Shown: positions 33,655 through 47,817 of the stretch, piece after piece
How the letters are laid out: the number at the start of each line of letters is the position of its first letter
How positions within the stretch are numbered: position 1 is the first letter of the stretch
Source: Minutocellus sp. GHC0000111
Taxonomy: Eukaryota
DNA length: 64,000 nt
Direction: 5' to 3'
Assembly: GCA_977018835.1 (NCBI GenBank)
Contig: OZ361258.1
Span: 3,162,001-3,226,000 of the forward strand
Position numbers and translations under genes: made by a program
The notes under the pieces: generated by a model
Databases searched by the model: none
Seen by the model: the letters and a program-made list of their open reading frames with translations, nothing else
What the model was told of the DNA's origin: nothing

Positions 33655-36522
33655 TTGGCATATCTCGTGTCATGTTCGGCGGCCTTTACGCCATCTACGA
33701 GTAGCACATGCTCGAGTTCTTCTCGGCGGTCATGTTCCTCGTCGGCGTCGACGTTGCGACTGCCTTCACTACATCCAACTTCTTCAGCTGATCGTGCCCA
33801 GCGGCATTCGTCTCTTTTGCAATCGTCAAACAATGCAAACGATTGCATTTCCAAGAATGAAGAGGACGAAGAACAGCACACAGGGACTGAATATTCCTAC
33901 TGCGAGGCAAGGATCATGCGCCCTCTGCGAACACTATCGGCAGCCGCGGCAATGACTCTGGTAGGACCAGCCACGCCATTTGTTGCATCTGCTGCCGACG
34001 AAATGACCAAAGCCGCCATATCATCCTTCAATTCAGCCCTAGTGGAATATTTTGGCCCGTCGCTGCCGGCAGCTACGGCATCTCGACGTGTCCTGACGAC
34101 GTTGGCATCCAGAGGTGGATATCTGCCCAATCAATTCCAGTCCAAAACGTTGCTGGGATCGACCTTTTGCAACGTCAGAAAGGCCGATAAATCCACATTT
34201 GAGGGACAGCTGGAAGTTGGACTTGGAAAAGCTTCGTTGATTCCTGGCAGCACTGGTAGTGCCAGTAGCGCCAAAGGAGCCTCGCCAATCAACATCAATG
34301 GCATTGCCGGAGTACCCAATGCAGGTGCTATCAAACAGCTGTTGGCGCAATGTCCTCAGGGCGGCAAGGCCATCATCGTTTATGGATCCACAGTTGACAT
34401 ATCGGCATCGGGGGAGGTTGGGCGTGATGTTCGTGGATACGTCGGAAGATCAGGACTGGGCAACTGCGGTGCTTCCATTGCCGTCCTGGACGAACTCCGG
34501 TCCAGAAACAGACCTACTACTGCAACAAGCGGTGCCGAGGAGGGATCGCTCAAGTCTCTGGTCAGCGGCGGCGGCCAGGAAGAGGAGATACTGGCCAAGT
34601 TGCGACGAAACCTTCTTGATGCCGGCGTCGACATCAATTCGTCTGATAGCAGCCGCCTAATGGCTGAGGTATCCAAGAAGCTGTTCAATGTCATTAGCGA
34701 TTCGGTGGTGAAGGAAGTCGATTCAACGATCAAACAGAACGGATTTTGGGACGCAGTGTCGGAAGTAGTACTAATTGGTGGCATTGCCATTGATGGAGAA
34801 GAGGATTATTTCTTGCCGGTGACTTTCCAAACCATTAGCGGAGGAGCTGATGGGACAACGAGTACGAATTTTATTGACAATCTGTACAATGCCGACTACG
34901 ATGAGTTATCGCTACCCCAAAACAAGCAAGGCGGTGGCTCAACAACAACACCGTCGCTACCATCGGTGTCACTTCCAAAGGTTGATGTGCCCAAGATTGC
35001 AGTGCCGGATATCAAGGTACCAATCGTCGATCTCAAACTTCCTTCCGTTCCCGACATCAAGGCTCCTGCCATAACTCTCCCGAATGTCAGCGCACCTCAA
35101 CTTGGCACTCTTCCTACCGTGAGCAAGACGACCGCAAATACCCTAGTGGGAGCCGGTGTAGCCACCGGCGTCATTGGAGGTGGCGTTTTGGCAGTAAATC
35201 AGCTTCGAAATAAGAACACCGAGCAATCCGAAGTGAAGGTAACAAACCAGCCCGAAGCATCTCCTGTTCAAATCACCCCCGATCCCGTGGAAACCACAAC
35301 TCAGGATGTACAGCTGATCGAAAGCGATCGTAAGCCCATCTTTTCGGTACCAGATTTCTTCACAAAGAAGGATGATTCCTCGAGCGCAACGATTGATGAA
35401 ACTTTTCCGCCGACAACTCAGTCTCCCTCCGATCTTGATGGCCAAGTGGAAGTCGCAGAGGAAAAGAAGTTCTCACTTTCCTCGCTATCACTACCATCTG
35501 TATCGCTTCCACCGAATCCTTTTGGCGCCAAGGAGAAGGAGGAGATCATCACAAGCAAGGTATCAGCAGAGTCACCATCTTCATCATTGACGACAAATGA
35601 TGAAAGTGGCGACACGAAGAAGCCATCCTTTTCCTTCCCTTCAATATCTGTCCCCAATCCATTTGAATCGAACGAGAGCGCACCAACATCATTGACGACA
35701 AATGATGAAGAAAACGATAATGAAAAGAAGAAGCCGATTTCAATCCCCTCGATTTCGATTCCAAATCCACTTGACTCGATCCGAAGCGGTGCGATTGCGA
35801 ATCGATTCCGGAGCGGCGCTACTTCGTCTCTGACGGATGATCTTCTGGCATTGGCATTTGCGACGAATCAAGGCCAAGACGCAACGTCCCGACAAATGGA
35901 ATCGGCACTGGATATTGTCGCAAAGCTCGAAAAGCTTGCCCCGGTACCGGCCAAGAAGCTCTTCTCCAAGGAAATGGAAGGTACTTGGGATCTGCAATTT
36001 TGCTCGGACCCATATTCTTTTAGATCGAATCCGTTTTTCATGGCACGCCGAAGTTCTTGCTCCTCGGACCCTATTCTGCGAAGCTACTACGAGGACGATT
36101 GCATGAACCTGCAGCAAGTACTACAAAAGAGCGGAAATGTTGATGCGGTGCGGCAGATTGTAAAGGGCGGGCAAATGATTTCTGAGACTGACCTTAGCAC
36201 TGGCTTCGGTAAGAGTGCTCTCGTAAGTATTGCGGCATTGCGTCCGTCCTCAGCAAATACCAAACTCTCGGCTTGGGATGTATCGCTTCGAGGAACGGAA
36301 ATCAAAGGAAAGTACCCACAATTGACACGTCAACTGCGCGAGATCAAAGCCGTCATGTCGGGTGTGATCAAGGCACCACCGTTTGCGACGACATATCTCG
36401 ACGAGAATGTACGGATATCAAGAGACCAAGATGGAGCTGTCTATGTCTTCAGAAAGATATCCGACGTTGCAAAGCCAACCGACTATTCGTCACTGGCGAG
36501 AGATACTACGAAGATTATTTGA
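33655..36522 (+). CDS. Pseudo-theta-CA/LCIB-TM-fibrillin fusion (copy 2)
   Basis: Same translation as 18360-21227. Confidence 0.85.
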   Translation: MAYLVSCSAAFTPSTSSTCSSSSRRSCSSSASTLRLPSLHPTSSADRAQRHSSLLQSSNNANDCISKNEEDEEQHTGTEYSYCEARIMRPLRTLSAAAAMTLVGPATPFVASAADEMTKAAISSFNSALVEYFGPSLPAATASRRVLTTLASRGGYLPNQFQSKTLLGSTFCNVRKADKSTFEGQLEVGLGKASLIPGSTGSASSAKGASPININGIAGVPNAGAIKQLLAQCPQGGKAIIVYGSTVDISASGEVGRDVRGYVGRSGLGNCGASIAVLDELRSRNRPTTATSGAEEGSLKSLVSGGGQEEEILAKLRRNLLDAGVDINSSDSSRLMAEVSKKLFNVISDSVVKEVDSTIKQNGFWDAVSEVVLIGGIAIDGEEDYFLPVTFQTISGGADGTTSTNFIDNLYNADYDELSLPQNKQGGGSTTTPSLPSVSLPKVDVPKIAVPDIKVPIVDLKLPSVPDIKAPAITLPNVSAPQLGTLPTVSKTTANTLVGAGVATGVIGGGVLAVNQLRNKNTEQSEVKVTNQPEASPVQITPDPVETTTQDVQLIESDRKPIFSVPDFFTKKDDSSSATIDETFPPTTQSPSDLDGQVEVAEEKKFSLSSLSLPSVSLPPNPFGAKEKEEIITSKVSAESPSSSLTTNDESGDTKKPSFSFPSISVPNPFESNESAPTSLTTNDEENDNEKKKPISIPSISIPNPLDSIRSGAIANRFRSGATSSLTDDLLALAFATNQGQDATSRQMESALDIVAKLEKLAPVPAKKLFSKEMEGTWDLQFCSDPYSFRSNPFFMARRSSCSSDPILRSYYEDDCMNLQQVLQKSGNVDAVRQIVKGGQMISETDLSTGFGKSALVSIAALRPSSANTKLSAWDVSLRGTEIKGKYPQLTRQLREIKAVMSGVIKAPPFATTYLDENVRISRDQDGAVYVFRKISDVAKPTDYSSLARDTTKII

Positions 36523-36658
36523 TGCCAATCAAATGTAGGCCAGAACAAAATTTACTGCATAAATTGTGCTATAGCATATGACTTAATGCATTCGGCTATC
36601 CTTAATTTCCAATGGCCAATGCTCGTGGCAAGCTTACAATATATTCCTAATTTTCATT

Positions 36659-39385
36659 TTAATCCTCGCTCTCAGACTCGGGAGCTACCTTCTTCGTGCT
36701 AGTAGTTTTCTTGGTTGACGTTACCTTGGTCGAGGTAGTTTTTGTTGGGGCTTTCTTCTCAGCACCAGTTGATGTAGAAGTAGTCTTCTTCACAAGATCA
36801 ACCATGCCGACAGTAGGCGTCGTCTTTGTTACCGTCGACGATGTTCCGCTGGTCTTCTTCCCGGCGGTACTCGTCGTGGCTGCCGTCGTTTTGGTAAAAG
36901 TAGTTTTGGTGTTACCATCCGCTGTAGTCTTCGTTACGGAAGATCCCTTCGCGGCGGCTTTGGCGGCGCTGCTCGAGACAACCTTTTTCGTCGTTGAAAC
37001 GGGCTTCTTTGCAGGAGCTGCCTCCTCTTCTTCGCTGCTATCGGCTTCCTCTTGCTCTTCCTCTTCGCTTACATCGTCATCTTCAGATGTATCCTCATCG
37101 TCGGCAGATTCTTCGTCGCCGCTCTCCTCGCTATCGGCCTCCTCATCCTCTTCTCCGGACTGGGCACTATTGTCGGCATCTTGTGACTCGCTCTCATCGG
37201 CCTGACCATCTTCCGAACCACTGTCTTCTTCAACTTTCTCTTCATCACTGCCACTCTCCTCTTCCTCTTCCTCTATATTTTCCTCCTCCTCCTCCTCCTT
37301 CTTGACATCATCGCTCGATGCATTCTTATCGTCGTCTCGTGATTCATCGCCGGATAGCTCGCTCTCACTGATCTCGTCATCCGGCTGCTCTTTCGATTGA
37401 AACTTGGGTGCCAATGGTGGTGTCTGAGGTTCCTGCGGAATTGGCTTCGGCTCGGGGGCGCCGGGATTGCCAGCCGGCAAGACATTGCCCGGCTGCTCTC
37501 CAGTCGTCCCGATCTTGGGCTTATCCTTCAACATATACTTCAGCTTGGCGGCGACCGCATCCTCCCATGCTCGAAATCCATCCTCGGTGGGATGGCCACG
37601 CACGGAAATCATATTGGACTTGAGGATCCATGCACCACGGCCGGATCGGGAGGCAAAAATGTCGGTGGCGTCAAAGTAGGTGATATGGTCGTGACGTTCA
37701 GCAAACCGACGCAAATTGTTATTGATAACGTTGATCGCAGGCCAGAGCGGAGTCTCACTCTGCCGCACAAACAACTTCTTGGGATCACGGCGCTTGTAAG
37801 TAGTCTTATCGCGCATAATGGGATTAATAGCGTCCTTTCGGAGCCGCTGGGCCAACTGCTTGTTCATGAATGCCTGGCGCTTCTTGAGAAGTTCTTGCAT
37901 CCTAGCACGTTTCTCCGCAAGTTCAGCTTGGCGCTTTTGCTCCGGCGTTAGCTTTGCAGTGGACTTTCTGCCAGCAAGCCGGCGAGTTCGCAGATGCTTG
38001 GGGAATTTATTGCCCCGCCCCTTGTCGGCTGCATCGTCGTCATCCTCCTTTTCTCCCTGAATGGCCTTGGAGGGCTTGCGAGCAATGTGCGACGAGTCGA
38101 CAGTTACAGTCGGCCGAGGACCAAAGATGCGACCACGGCCAATACCGCGAGAGGGGATGTTGACACTGTTTCGAAAAGCATCCTTGTAATCATTCTGAAG
38201 AGGGAAAGCCCCGCTGCGTACATCGGTCATTGGCAGCAACGAATTGATGACAATCTTGGCATCGGGCTTCTTCATACGAATTTCTTCCACGACTCTGAGG
38301 ATGCCCATGATGACCACCTCCTCGGAGCACTGCATCCTCGCCAAATCATTCATACCCATGGAAATCCACCAAACTCTGGGATTGAACGCATCGGGCATCT
38401 CGCCGTGCATCAGGCGCCATAGAACATTAGCCGACGCATCCCCGGCAATTCCGAGAGGCACCGCTTCGAGGGGTGCTCCATAGCGCTTCTGGAAACGCTT
38501 GTTGAACATCTTGGCCAACGATTCCAGATGCTCGCCCTGGATTATAAAGATAATGTCAGAAGGTTTTGGTTGGTTGAGATTGAATGTGCACAAGCAAAAT
38601 AAATGAAGATATACTACAACAGAACATGCATTCCGGAGAAATTATGCAGCTGGTGAATGAAACAGGCCACACACGCTATGCAATATTTCCATATTTCCGC
38701 ATATGCTATGCAATAATATATCCATAACTAACTACATGTAAATAACACAACCAAATGCAAGCACCGCACTCACCTGCGTCATACCCAACCATCTGCCATC
38801 CATCTCCTCGATAAGAGATTCTCCCAAAAATGCCACATCTACGTCCGATTCCGGACTATAAGGATCCGTATAGCGATTGATGAGACGCTTGTTGGCGGCA
38901 TGGGCCTTGCTCCAGCTCTTGTATTCTCCTCTGTCGGCCGGAACGAGAGGATCTTCGCATCTGCAAGAAGAATCGTCGCCCGCCAAACACCAATGACTAA
39001 TATCTCCCGCCTTGAGATCATACTGGGAGTTGACGTTGGTCCAATCATGTTCGACGACGCCCACCTCAGCAGTGGGATCCAGCAGGTACATGAGGCCGTA
39101 AGCCATGCCAATGAAAGCCAGCAAAGTTAGAATCCAACCGCATTTCGGACTCGACTGAAAGGTCAGCCAGCAGCACGCCGACAGATAACCGCAGCATCCC
39201 AACCCGCCGTGCGAGGAGTAGTACGACTTGTGCCGGTCGGCGTATGTGTAGGTGCTGGATGTGCTGGCAAAGGCCGACTGGGCGACCGATTTCGATGGCG
39301 AATTACCGCCGCCGCCATTGCCGAGCAAATCGTCGAGATCGGAATCCAGACCAGGACCGCCCGCTGTGCCGTGGGACTGTGCCAT
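36659..39385 (-). CDS. SGNH hydrolase-like protein, 2 exons (copy 2)
   Basis: Copy of 21364-24090. Confidence 0.85.
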
Positions 39386-39929
39386 GGTGTTTGTGTGTTG
39401 TATCAAACAAATAAATGAGAGTACTCTTCGCCGAGGTTAGCAGTTTGGGTAGTTTGTTTGCCTTGCGAACGCAAAGGAGAGTTTTTATGCCCCCCCGCGA
39501 GCAATGATGAGAAGATGGAAGAGGAACACCCAACGCGCAGCAATCGAATGCCGCAAGGCTTTGCTTGTTTATGCTGAAATTAAAAGCGGATACACAGGCG
39601 TCGAAGTAACTCAGCACGTGCAACCACAGCCAGCGAGTGAGGGAAGATACGACCACCGGCACGTGTTGTGTTCGCTGAAATTTTGTTTCCATTTTATTTA
39701 ACGGCTTTTCCATTGACCCCTAAAATGGTATGAATTTTGACCCTCGGCCCCACTCCCCACTGGTCCGCCCAATTATTCCAAGTGCAATGCACCGGATAGA
39801 GAGATCAAAGACTCCAACAAAGTTTACATGCTACTCCTAGAGTGATCTCTAAACCTAAACCTTGAACGTTATTCACGCCTGGCCACCAAGAAGAAAAATG
39901 TGCACATCATGCAACACCTCATTCTCATC

Positions 39930-40906
39930 TCATATGGAATCCCTCCTGCCAATGAATTCTGGAATGCCGACGCCTCTTTCCTCCTCCAATTCTTGCCCTT
40001 GTGCTCCATCATCCTTTTTCTGGTCTTCTATACATCGTCGCACACCCTCCCAAACACCACGAAGGTTCATCGGTTGAAAGCTTGCAATTTTGATAACCGT
40101 TTTGGAACTGCTCGTTACCAAGCCCATCAGCTTCTTCTTGGAGGGATCACGGCCACAATGTACGTCAAGGGCAGCACGCATCCATCATATCTAACCACCT
40201 GATCTTCTTCGCCGTCGTCATTCTGGATGAGATAGGCACCCTCCAGGGAATGCTCTTCCACATCCACCGATAGTTTTCTTTGGTTGACAGACTCAAGCAC
40301 GGCCGTGCTGTATTCGGATTTGGTCTTGTAGAGCTTGAGCATTGGGCCTGCGCCATTTGCAAGGATTCCACCCACCACGGCATATTGCTTTCGCCATTCC
40401 TTGAGGGATTTGGGCCAAGTCATCTCGTCTCCCTCCTTTCCGATATGTACCAGCACATTGTCTTCAGCATTGTGAATGTACGACCACGGTGGGCAGTAGA
40501 AGAACAGCTTCATGGGACGCTTCGCTTGTCTCAACAATTGAAGGGCAATGTGCTTATCGGCTGCATCTTCTTCGTTGACCTTGCACAGCACATGGCCCTT
40601 GTCAATGCCCGCCTGATATCCCGCCGAACCGTCAAAGAGAAATGTCACGACGGGTCGGTTTCGCAGCTCCCAGGTTATCTCTCGATCGGCCGGAGAAAGC
40701 AGAACTCCATCGACCTCTCGCGCGTCATAAAATAGAATGCCCAGGGATGGTGCGTCGATGGTAATCTCGTAATAATCCCCTCCCATGGGCAATTCGAACG
40801 CCATACTCTCGCGTTTGCTCATGGAATGTCTTCGAGGAATTGCGCGTGTTGTACCGGGCTGGTCATCGTTGCTGTGGTTGTCTTCTCCTTTGACTTTTGC
40901 GCTCAT
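39930..40906 (-). CDS. PDZ/PH-like protein with apparent frameshift (copy 2)
   Basis: Copy of 24635-25611. Confidence 0.65.
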
Positions 40907-41643
40907 ATTCGTGGATCTGATGCCGACGATAGGGATCAAACGAATAAGCAGATAATACCCCGAAGAGAAAGAAGCAACGCATCAGCAGCGTTCAGTCAGT
41001 GTGCTTAGGATAGGCCACGCCGTTGCTTGCTTTGTGCTGGCGTGGTTCGTCGCCTTGTGTCCCTTGGCTCGTCGCCTTGAACTTGTGCTTGCTTGCCCAC
41101 CAGATCAATGATGACCCCGCGGCCCGCGCGCCTCTCGGCCGCCGCAGCATCCCGCCCTTTTTGCAACTCAAGCGCAAAGAGATATCGGTACATGCCTCAT
41201 AGGTCTAGTCAATGACTACTTTTCAATTAGTTCAATACATTTTCAATTTACTCCTATATTTGAATTCTTCTAAAAATTAACGATGATACAAAGGCAGGAG
41301 AAACGAGTTCTCTCCCTGAAATAAATTGACTTGATTTGAATGATGAATAGTAATGATAGTACGACATGAACACGACAATGTCACAAGATTTTTCTGATGT
41401 TTGGTTCCCACGATAAATAAATAATGATAGATAGTAATAATAAACATTTCAATGTTGAATGTTGATGATGATGATGCGATACGCCATTGCGTTGTCGAAA
41501 GGGCGGAAGATGGGGGAGTTGTTATTACCCCGCGTTTTCGACATTTTGACAGGCAGTTCTTCTCTAATAAGCACATGTGTATCGATTGGAAAGACAAAGT
41601 ACGATCGCAGATACGAAGTAGGATCAGCCGGAGGACAGTCGAC

Positions 41644-44600
41644 TCAGTAGTATTGATTCTGATACTGATACTGCTGCTGGCCCTGATTATGGTAGTGCTG
41701 ATGGTGCGGATTTGAGTACTGCTGATGCTGATGTTGGTGGTTGTATTGAGGATAATATCGACCACCACCGCCAGCTCCACTGCCATCCATGTTGTTTGGC
41801 GGGCCTTGATGGTGCTGCTGCTGCCGAACTCGCTTATGCTGCACCTTGAGGCGCTTGTTGCCAATCTGGTAACCATTCATCTCTTGAATGGCACTCTGAG
41901 CGGCGTCGGGAGAGTCATACGAGACGAAGCCAAATCCCTTGGATTCGCCCGTGTTCCTATCGACATACACCTTGGCCGATATGACATTCCCGAACGGAGC
42001 AAAGGCCGAGACCAGATCTGGATCGGTCAAATCGTGAGGCAGGTGATAAATGAAGAGGTTGGCTCCCGGTGGACCCTCCCGAGGCCGAGGACCGGTATCG
42101 GCACCGCCGCCACCACCGCCAGCGCCGTAGCTGCTACCGCTTCCTCCTCCGCCATACTGAGCACCGGAATTGGCATGCCCATCGGCAGTCTCACCATCAC
42201 CTCCATATGATCCTTGCCCATGATGGTAAGGTCGGCGGTCACCACCTCCTGGAGAATACTGGTGGTGCTGGTGGTGCTGATGATGAGGGCTTCCGTACAT
42301 TCCCTCATTGTAACCACTGCTTCCCATAGGACCTCGCTGGTTATGATACGATTGAGAACCATATCCACCACCACCTGTCGATGAGGAGGCCGTATCCGAG
42401 ATCTTGTGCTGCACCTTGAGCCTCTTCGGACCGATCTGATAGCCGTTCATCTCCGCGATGGCACTTTCGGCTGCTTCGCAGTTATCATACGAAACAAAGC
42501 CAAAGCCCTTGGACTCGCCGGTATGCCGATCGATGTAAACCGAGGCCGAAATAACGTTGCCATACGGAGCAAAGGCCTCAGCCAGATCCGAGTCGTTGAA
42601 GTCGTGCGGCAAATGATAGATGAAGAGGTTGGCACCTTGCGGACCTTCCCTTGGTCGCGGCCCGCCTGTGCCTGCGTCCGGACCAAAGATATTGCCTCCA
42701 CTGCCATGGCCGGCGTAGTCGCCTCCGAAACTGCCAGAATTTTGGTACTGGGGAGGCTGTTGTTGTTGATGTTGATGCATGGCGTCGCCTCGATCGGATG
42801 GAGACAGCTGAGGTGGAGCGGGAGGGAGAGGTCCCATGTCGACGCCAGGATTGCCCTGCTGACCACCCTGACCGATAGAGGATGGATCACTACTCGTTGG
42901 AGTCGACGGGGGGTGCAAGGCGCCGGCGCTGGTGCCATTGGAAGAGGGAGGAGAAGACTTATCGTCGGCATACTCGACGACTATCGGGTTGGGCATGCCG
43001 GGACAAGTGAAGGTCCCTCCGCTCAGACCAGCCATCACTGCCTTGGTATCCTCTCGGGTCTTCATCCACACAAAGGCACAGCCCTTCTTTGATCCATCAT
43101 GATTGCACAGCAAGACTACCGAATGCACCTGTCCGTACGGTTCGATCATGGCCTTGATTTCCTTCTCGCCGTAGTCCTTGGACAGTGTGCCAACAAACAG
43201 CTTGCGCCTGTCGTAGTATTGCTGCGGATCGGAGGTGGCGTTTGCATGCTGCGGCTCGTCGGCGAACCGTACCTGCAGCGTCCTCTTGGCGGAATGATTC
43301 CATCTCTGAGGATCGAACGGCAGAGTTCCGTGGACCTTGTCCATGGCCCTTTGGGCATCTTCCACCTTTTGGTACGTTACAAAGGCACATCCCCGATGGC
43401 CGTTGGAGTATCGGTCACGAATGATGGAGATGTCGGCCAGTGGCCCGTACGGACCAAAGATGGGGATGAGGTCCGACTCGGTCATTCGCTTGGGCACCTG
43501 ACCAACAAAGAGCTTGGCGTTGACGTTGGTGGGCGCTGATCCGGTTGTCGTCGAGTTATCTTCCAAAGTCCCGGATCTTGCTGCAGCCGCCGTGGCCAGG
43601 GAGGATGAACTTGGGGCAGACTCTTGTATCTCGGGCATAACACTGGTAGGAGCAGCTGCCACTGCAGGTGCCGCCGTACTGCGTTGCTGTGGCTGCAGAG
43701 TGGCCGGCGACCTTGGCGACCTGGCCGCCGTCACGGCAGATGAGAGGGACGACATGGACGGAATGACCAACTTCTCGGGTAGGATGCCTGGAGTTTCGTT
43801 GGTAGAGCCTTGCTGCTGTTGGTTGGGAAAATGATGGCGATTTCTCGAGGGCGTGGAAGTCAATGCAGCCATTGGGCTGTAAGGTGCTTGTTGTTGTTGC
43901 TGATGATGATTCTGACCGGGCATTGTCCCATACTGTTGTTGTTGACCTCCCACCCCTTGTATCTGCTGTTGTTGCTGCTGACGATGCGACGGCGATGGTA
44001 TGGGCGCAAACGGACTGAGCTGGACATTGTTACTGCCACTACTGCTATGGCCACCAATCGGCCCACCAAATTGCAACTGACTGCTGCTCCTGCCGCCACC
44101 GGTGCCGCCTGTACCTCCACTAGCGGCCGATACCGCCGAGATCCCCCCGACCGACATGGACGACAGCGGCCGTTGTCCACCGATGGGAGTCGGTGCGGGC
44201 GTAATGTTGCTGCCCAGACTCAAATTTTTGTCGAGACTCGTGCTCAATCCCAGCAATACGTCGGTTGAGGACGAATTGGCGTGGTGGTTGTTGTTACTGC
44301 CAAAACCGATGATGCCACTCCCAGCACCACCACTACCAGGACTGTTGTGACTCGAAGAGGTTGATGTAGCCTCGTGAATGACACCACCTCCACCACCTCC
44401 CGCACCAAACGACATGGAGGATAAATCGAGTCCTTCCTCTAAAACCGAGTTGGGACAACAACTACTACCACCGCCAATAATGCCAGAACTAGTGCTGGTA
44501 ATCCCCCAACCTCGGCCAAAAAGGTCCTTGTTCTGTTAATGTTGGGAGTCCCCCCAAGACTGGCAGAGCCAGACGAAGTGACGAACCCGACGGCACTGGC

Positions 44601-45377
44601 CGGCCGACTTCCACCACCATTACTGATTGCAACACCGCTCGCACCTGGAAGAATAGTCGTGCCCACGCCAGCGGCATGACCGAGGACTCCGCCAGGCGAG
44701 GAAAGCGTTCGGGCTCGATTGAACTCAAAGTGACTCGGCGTGCTGGGAGTCGTCCGACCCAAGATACCGGTGCCAATATTGGTCCCCAGCGAAAGGGACG
44801 ACGTGCTGCCCCAAAATTTATGAGGACCCGGCGAAGTTCCTGCAGCGGCATTCGCCGAACTCGACACCATGTTCGTATTCGTGCTGGCCAGAGTCGAGGC
44901 AGTCTGGGCCGTGTCGGTCGTGACAGTTCGGGCTCTGCCTGGTACGCCGCCGCTGCTGGCCGAATTATTGATACAGCCGCCGCCACCTCCGCCGAGACCA
45001 TACAGGACGCTGTTCATGTTTTCCGACGTAACGTTGATAGCACTGTTATTGTGTGTATTAAGTGTATCAAAGTTATTACCGGTACCAGTGCCAGAAGAAG
45101 CACTCATGCCCCGAAAGGGCGAAAGCGGCACGTCGTCCTCGTCGTAATTCTCTGCAAATCCGTATCCTCCTCCACTTGCCAAATGATTTATGTTCGAGTT
45201 GTTGCCATTATTATTATTGGAAGTGTTATTGGCATACGAAGGCAAGAGCGAGGAGATGTGATCGTGATGTTCAGGGTTGTTATTCGTGGTACTCGTGGTA
45301 GTATCTTGACTTCCATTCGCAAATGTTCTTTCCTGCTCGATTCCCGCCCCCGCCACTGGATGCAGCTCGGACTGCAT
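41644..45377 (-). CDS. CELF-like 4-RRM protein (copy 2; His-to-Arg variant at 43838)
   Basis: Copy of 26349-30082, reading SRNRHHF instead of SRNHHHF. Confidence 0.85.
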
Positions 45378-45888
45378 ATCACGTGCCGGTTCTGCTTATG
45401 AAACGAAGATACACGCGAGTTATGTGCTTGGAATGTGAGTTAACGAAGGTACATGGATAAATCTTTCGTTCGACGTGGTGTCAGTTGAGTTTGTCAAAGG
45501 AAATAGCACGGCCGGGCCCGACGAAGGACCGAAGGGTTGCTATGGGCGGGGTGGGTGAGCGGTTCTCTTCTTTCGTCGAACAGTGACGGATCTTGCTTCT
45601 GCCGCAGCAAGCATCCAAACGTTTTTGAATTGGAGGTTAGAACTATACTAATATGATACTTTAATAAATTATCACGAGTATTTTGGTAGTCGCCTGTAAA
45701 CGACCATTTTAATAAGAATTATAAAAAATACAAGATATATTTTATTGGACAGCTAAATTGTAGATGCGAGTTTTTTGGCGGTCGTTGAGCTCATATCCTT
45801 TTGGGGCTCATGACCTGATACATACTTGATGAAGAAACAATCGGCGACAGGCGGTTGCCAGACGAAGAAGGAATTAGAAATAGATGTA

Positions 45889-46065
45889 CAGTCCGTTCTC
45901 ACCTATAAGCAATTGGTAATTGCTTAGGTGAGGGCTGAGATTCTGAGCATATTGCTTATTCTAAGAGCTTATTGGTACCTCATTTGCATGTTATTCCTTA
46001 TTCCAAAATAAGCAATTTTAGACCTCGGGCCGGAGTCTCAATTGCTTATAGGTGAGAACGGACTG
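45889..46065. mobile_element. Tc1/mariner-type MITE (copy 2)
   Basis: Same TIRs and TA flanks as copy 1. Confidence 0.88.
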
Positions 46066-46282
46066 TACATGTAGATCTACTTTTTTCACCTTTGGTATAC
46101 ATGGAAATGGATTTAACTGCATCACAACATAAAATGAAGGGAGATAACCAAACTTGATAGATCTACCGGTACATGTAGATCTACATGTACATGTGACAGA
46201 GACTGCCAGCAAAATAAAATATTTCTTTTCTTTATGTTATCGAATATGCAGCTTTTCAAACATCGAACCGCACAATACTCAC

Positions 46283-46501
46283 TTAGTTGCCAACCAAAAT
46301 GTTGTTGATGGGGATGTGAATGAGCTTGACGAAGAAACCAATAAATCCCATGATAGCAAAACCGACGCCGGTGGCCTTGGCAATCGCCGTGAATTCCTTC
46401 CGGTCGGGCTTGGTGCACTTCTTCACCAGGTGCATGGAATCCTTGGCAAACTGCCGGAGGGGCTCAATGACGTTTTCTTGGAATCCTTCTTCGCCGGCCA
46501 T
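46283..46501 (-). CDS. SEC61G: Sec61 gamma (copy 2)
   Basis: Same translation as copy 1. Confidence 0.96.
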   Translation of the reverse strand: MAGEEGFQENVIEPLRQFAKDSMHLVKKCTKPDRKEFTAIAKATGVGFAIMGFIGFFVKLIHIPINNILVGN

Positions 46502-47436
46502 CTTTGCAGGTTTATAGTGATATCAACCGACTGAGAAGCATATGCCAACAAATAAATAGGAGTAGCATGTATCCGCCCGACCAAAGCCAGAAGTACCGTA
46601 CCACACGCCGAACCGACCGCAACGCAAATGATACCAACGCCGAGCAGAGTCCAGTCCGACAATTGAAATGACACCGCCAATAGAGACCCAATGCCAAAGG
46701 AAACCGCCGATTCAATTGTTCAGCCAACCACCCGCGGTGGGGATAAAGGGGGTAATTTTTGTGTGAGTTGAAGAAATAAACACAAGACACAAAAGAAAAC
46801 ACGCGACAGCCGCTTTGCCGATAGCCCCGAGGAATTATTTCCCCACAAAGCAATCTCTGTTGAAAAATACGAGCGGTCCCCAATTTGATGAACCTCCTTG
46901 GACCGACAAACGCCATGCCAGTATGCATGCAGCCGACCGCCGACCCTCCAGTCCCGAGGTTTCGTGCGTGCGTGCGTGTGTGTGGTCCGGAGAAACATTA
47001 TGTGCCGATCGTCGCGGGTTATACCACCAGCACATATTTCGTCCGGTCTTGCATGCGCCAATTGATCTGCAAAGGTATCCTCGCCATCCATTCACCGGTC
47101 GCCTGATCAGCCGACGCCACGTTCATTCGTTCGGTACCTCCTCACCTTGCTTGTCCGTTTTATGTTTTGCTTGCTTGCCCGGTCTTTTCGGCTTGCGTTG
47201 CTTTGACTTGCCTAACCTCCGCGTGGCGACAAATTCCTTACCCCGAAAACTAGACAAACGCAACAAAGAGATCTTACACCAGAAACGGTCGACAGACAGG
47301 CCACTTTTGCCCGCCATCGAAATCAGCACGCACATCTCACATCCCAGCCAAAGGAGAAGAGGTCGGCCCAAGGCATAAAGCAGATCTCCATCGCGTCTCC
47401 ACCCTCTGATCAGCCCAAACATATAGCAAACACATC

Positions 47437-47817
47437 ATGGAGGAGGAAAAGGCCCAACGGCTGCACGACACCCTGGCCAAGCTCCGCAAGGGCAACGGTT
47501 TGGGCACTTCCTCCCACTTCAATTTCGGTGGACCGTCGGCGGATGGTCCCATCGTCACCAAGAAGGATGCCAATGGCAATTTGGTGAGGGAAGATGGTCT
47601 GCCGATGAACGGGCTGTATTCCAACTTTGTGCGCGAGGGTGCTGCCTACGATCCGAAAAAGAGTGCGCAGCTCAAGTATGGCGACGGACGGGCCATCAAG
47701 CGCAACTTTGACGATTGCAAGGGTGGAAGCGATAGTGATAGCAGCGATAGTGATGGGAGGCTCAGTATGACGTACTTTACCTCATCCACCGAACCAAATG
47801 CCGTTGAAATGTTCTGA
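47437..47817 (+). pseudogene. Truncated chimeric Lys-rich gene, copy 3
   Basis: Same as 16847-17227. Confidence 0.85.
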